Shown here: positions 63,098 to 64,000 of the stretch, piece by piece
Layout: each line of letters begins with the position of its first letter
How positions within the stretch are numbered: the first letter of the stretch is position 1
Assembly (NCBI GenBank): GCA_963747695.1
Contig: CAVVFV010000001.1
Span: forward strand, 36,466-100,465
Source: Candidatus Falkowbacteria bacterium
Lineage (GTDB): Bacteria > Patescibacteriota > Patescibacteriia > Patescibacteriales > WJLG01
Direction: 5' to 3'
Length of the DNA: 64,000 nt
Program-made: the position numbers and the translations under genes
Notes under the pieces: model-generated
Database searches by the model: none
What the model was told of the DNA's origin: nothing
The model's input: the letters and a program-made list of their open reading frames with translations, nothing else

Positions 63098-63187
63098 AGT
63101 AGAGCACCTCCATAAATTTAAGAAATTTTGCGGTTTCGGGTCCGACTTGTCCCGCCCTTTATGGGCGGGATTCCCGACAACGGCTCA
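63042..63187 (+). pseudogene. decayed tRNA-Thr copy with GC hairpin insertions in the D-loop and T-loop and a replaced anticodon arm
   Basis: tagctg[ccccgcccactgacagggcggg...acgggg]taaagtagagcacctccat...ttcgggtccga[cttgtcccgccctttatgggcggg]attcccgacaacggctca. The unbracketed parts match the intact tRNA. Confidence 0.7.
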
Positions 63188-63382
63188 GATTCAAATAAAA
63201 AGTTAAAAATAAAAAAGAAAAAATAGCCTGACTTGATATTAATAGCGGGTTAAACACGGTGAAAATCGCCAATTTTGAGGGCGGTTTTTTTATTGACAAT
63301 TTTGCGATTATTTTGTTAAGATAAAAAACCGTCAAGAGCACGCACATTCACACATTTACCATATAAAAAGGAAGGGGTTACT

Positions 63383-64000
63383 ATGTCGTGGTCCGCTAAA
63401 GAGCTGGTTATCGGTGTTGATGTTGGCGCCGGAACCATCAAAGGAGCTTTGTTCAATCCGGATAACTGGGAAATGATTCCGGAATCTTTAATCAAAGTTG
63501 CCACGGAACCGAAAAATGGCGTCGAATCGGTTACCAGGAAAATTTTATCAATAATGAACGGATTAGTGAAAAAAGCGGCCGGAACCAAGATCAAATGCGC
63601 TGGTTTATGCATGCCTGGTTCACCCGATCCGATCAGTGGCAAGATCAATGGCAATTGCGCCAATATCCCCGGCGCGGACGATTACAGTTTTCTGGATCCG
63701 CTGGCGAAATTTTTTCCCTTTTTGATTTTCGCCTTCAATGATTCGGGCTCACATCTCTACGGTGAATATAAACTGGGCGCCGGCGTCGGCTTCACTTATC
63801 TGGTCGGGCTCGCCCTGGGCACGGGAATCGGAGGAGGAACTATTATCAAAGGTGAATTGATCAGCGGCAACAAACAAGCGGCCAGCGAATTCGGCCATCT
63901 CAAGGTTGATTATTCAGCCGATGCCCCGATATGTTCGCGCGGAGACCAGGGTTGTCTTGAATCATTTGCCGGAACGGCGGAGATAAAAAAACGCTGGGCT
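63383..64000 (+). CDS. ROK family sugar kinase (glucokinase-like), 3' end runs off the window; absent from the ORF track
   Basis: Hand translation gives MSWSAKELVIGVDVGAGTIKGALF...GLALGTGIGGGTII...EFGHLKV...CSRGDQGCLESFAG (ROK zinc motif). SD aaaggaagggg lies upstream. Confidence 0.8.
   Translation, partial: MSWSAKELVIGVDVGAGTIKGALFNPDNWEMIPESLIKVATEPKNGVESVTRKILSIMNGLVKKAAGTKIKCAGLCMPGSPDPISGKINGNCANIPGADDYSFLDPLAKFFPFLIFAFNDSGSHLYGEYKLGAGVGFTYLVGLALGTGIGGGTIIKGELISGNKQAASEFGHLKVDYSADAPICSRGDQGCLESFAGTAEIKKRWA

Noticed and set aside
62736-63187. A tRNA-Thr gene interrupted by a group I intron that encodes the GIY-YIG protein.
   Set aside because: The copy at 62736-62808 is already a complete, uninterrupted cloverleaf. 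The ORF starts after the acceptor stem, not in the anticodon loop. The downstream tRNA-like copy lacks a 3' anticodon stem. I could not see conserved group I core elements (P3-P8), although this was not tested computationally.

Overview
This is a chromosomal segment from a small-genome bacterium with AT-rich intergenic DNA, most consistent with the Candidate Phyla Radiation (Patescibacteria). The main hint is that rpsE is followed directly by rplO with no L30 gene. The backbone is rpoB-rpoC, rpsL-rpsG-fusA-tuf and an S10/spc ribosomal-protein block (rpsJ to rplO, secY, adk, map). Housekeeping genes follow: ruvX, recO, a T-box-led aspS, scpAB, tpiA, a murE-like ligase and a DD-carboxypeptidase. 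Four things stand out. (1) nt 1-13503 is a co-directional accessory cluster. It has one stand-alone PpsA/PPDK-type ATP-grasp gene and four paralogous genes of the form 'variable N-domain + phosphohistidine swivel domain'. No PEP/pyruvate TIM-barrel domain is recognisable by eye. These genes are interleaved with a GCS2-type carboxylate-amine ligase, a class-I glutamine amidotransferase, a radical-SAM enzyme, a Cys/Met-family PLP enzyme and two paralogous methyltransferases. I read this as an uncharacterised small-molecule modification or biosynthesis system. (2) Nearly every intergenic gap in the ribosomal-protein region holds a long imperfect hairpin built from short repeated words. There are at least nine vocabularies, several in multiple near-identical copies, and the 3' arm often ends a few nt before the start codon. 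(3) GC-rich modular hairpin elements recur with compensatory base changes. Two inverted copies bracket a small coiled-coil ORF. (4) A tRNA-Thr(GGU) gene is preceded by two perfect 100-bp tRNA-derived repeats. It is followed directly by a GIY-YIG nuclease ORF and a decayed tRNA copy carrying GC mini-hairpin insertions. An IS481-like element with terminal inverted repeats lies at 14.2-15.2 kb. All calls come from reading the sequence and the ORF track; no searches were run.
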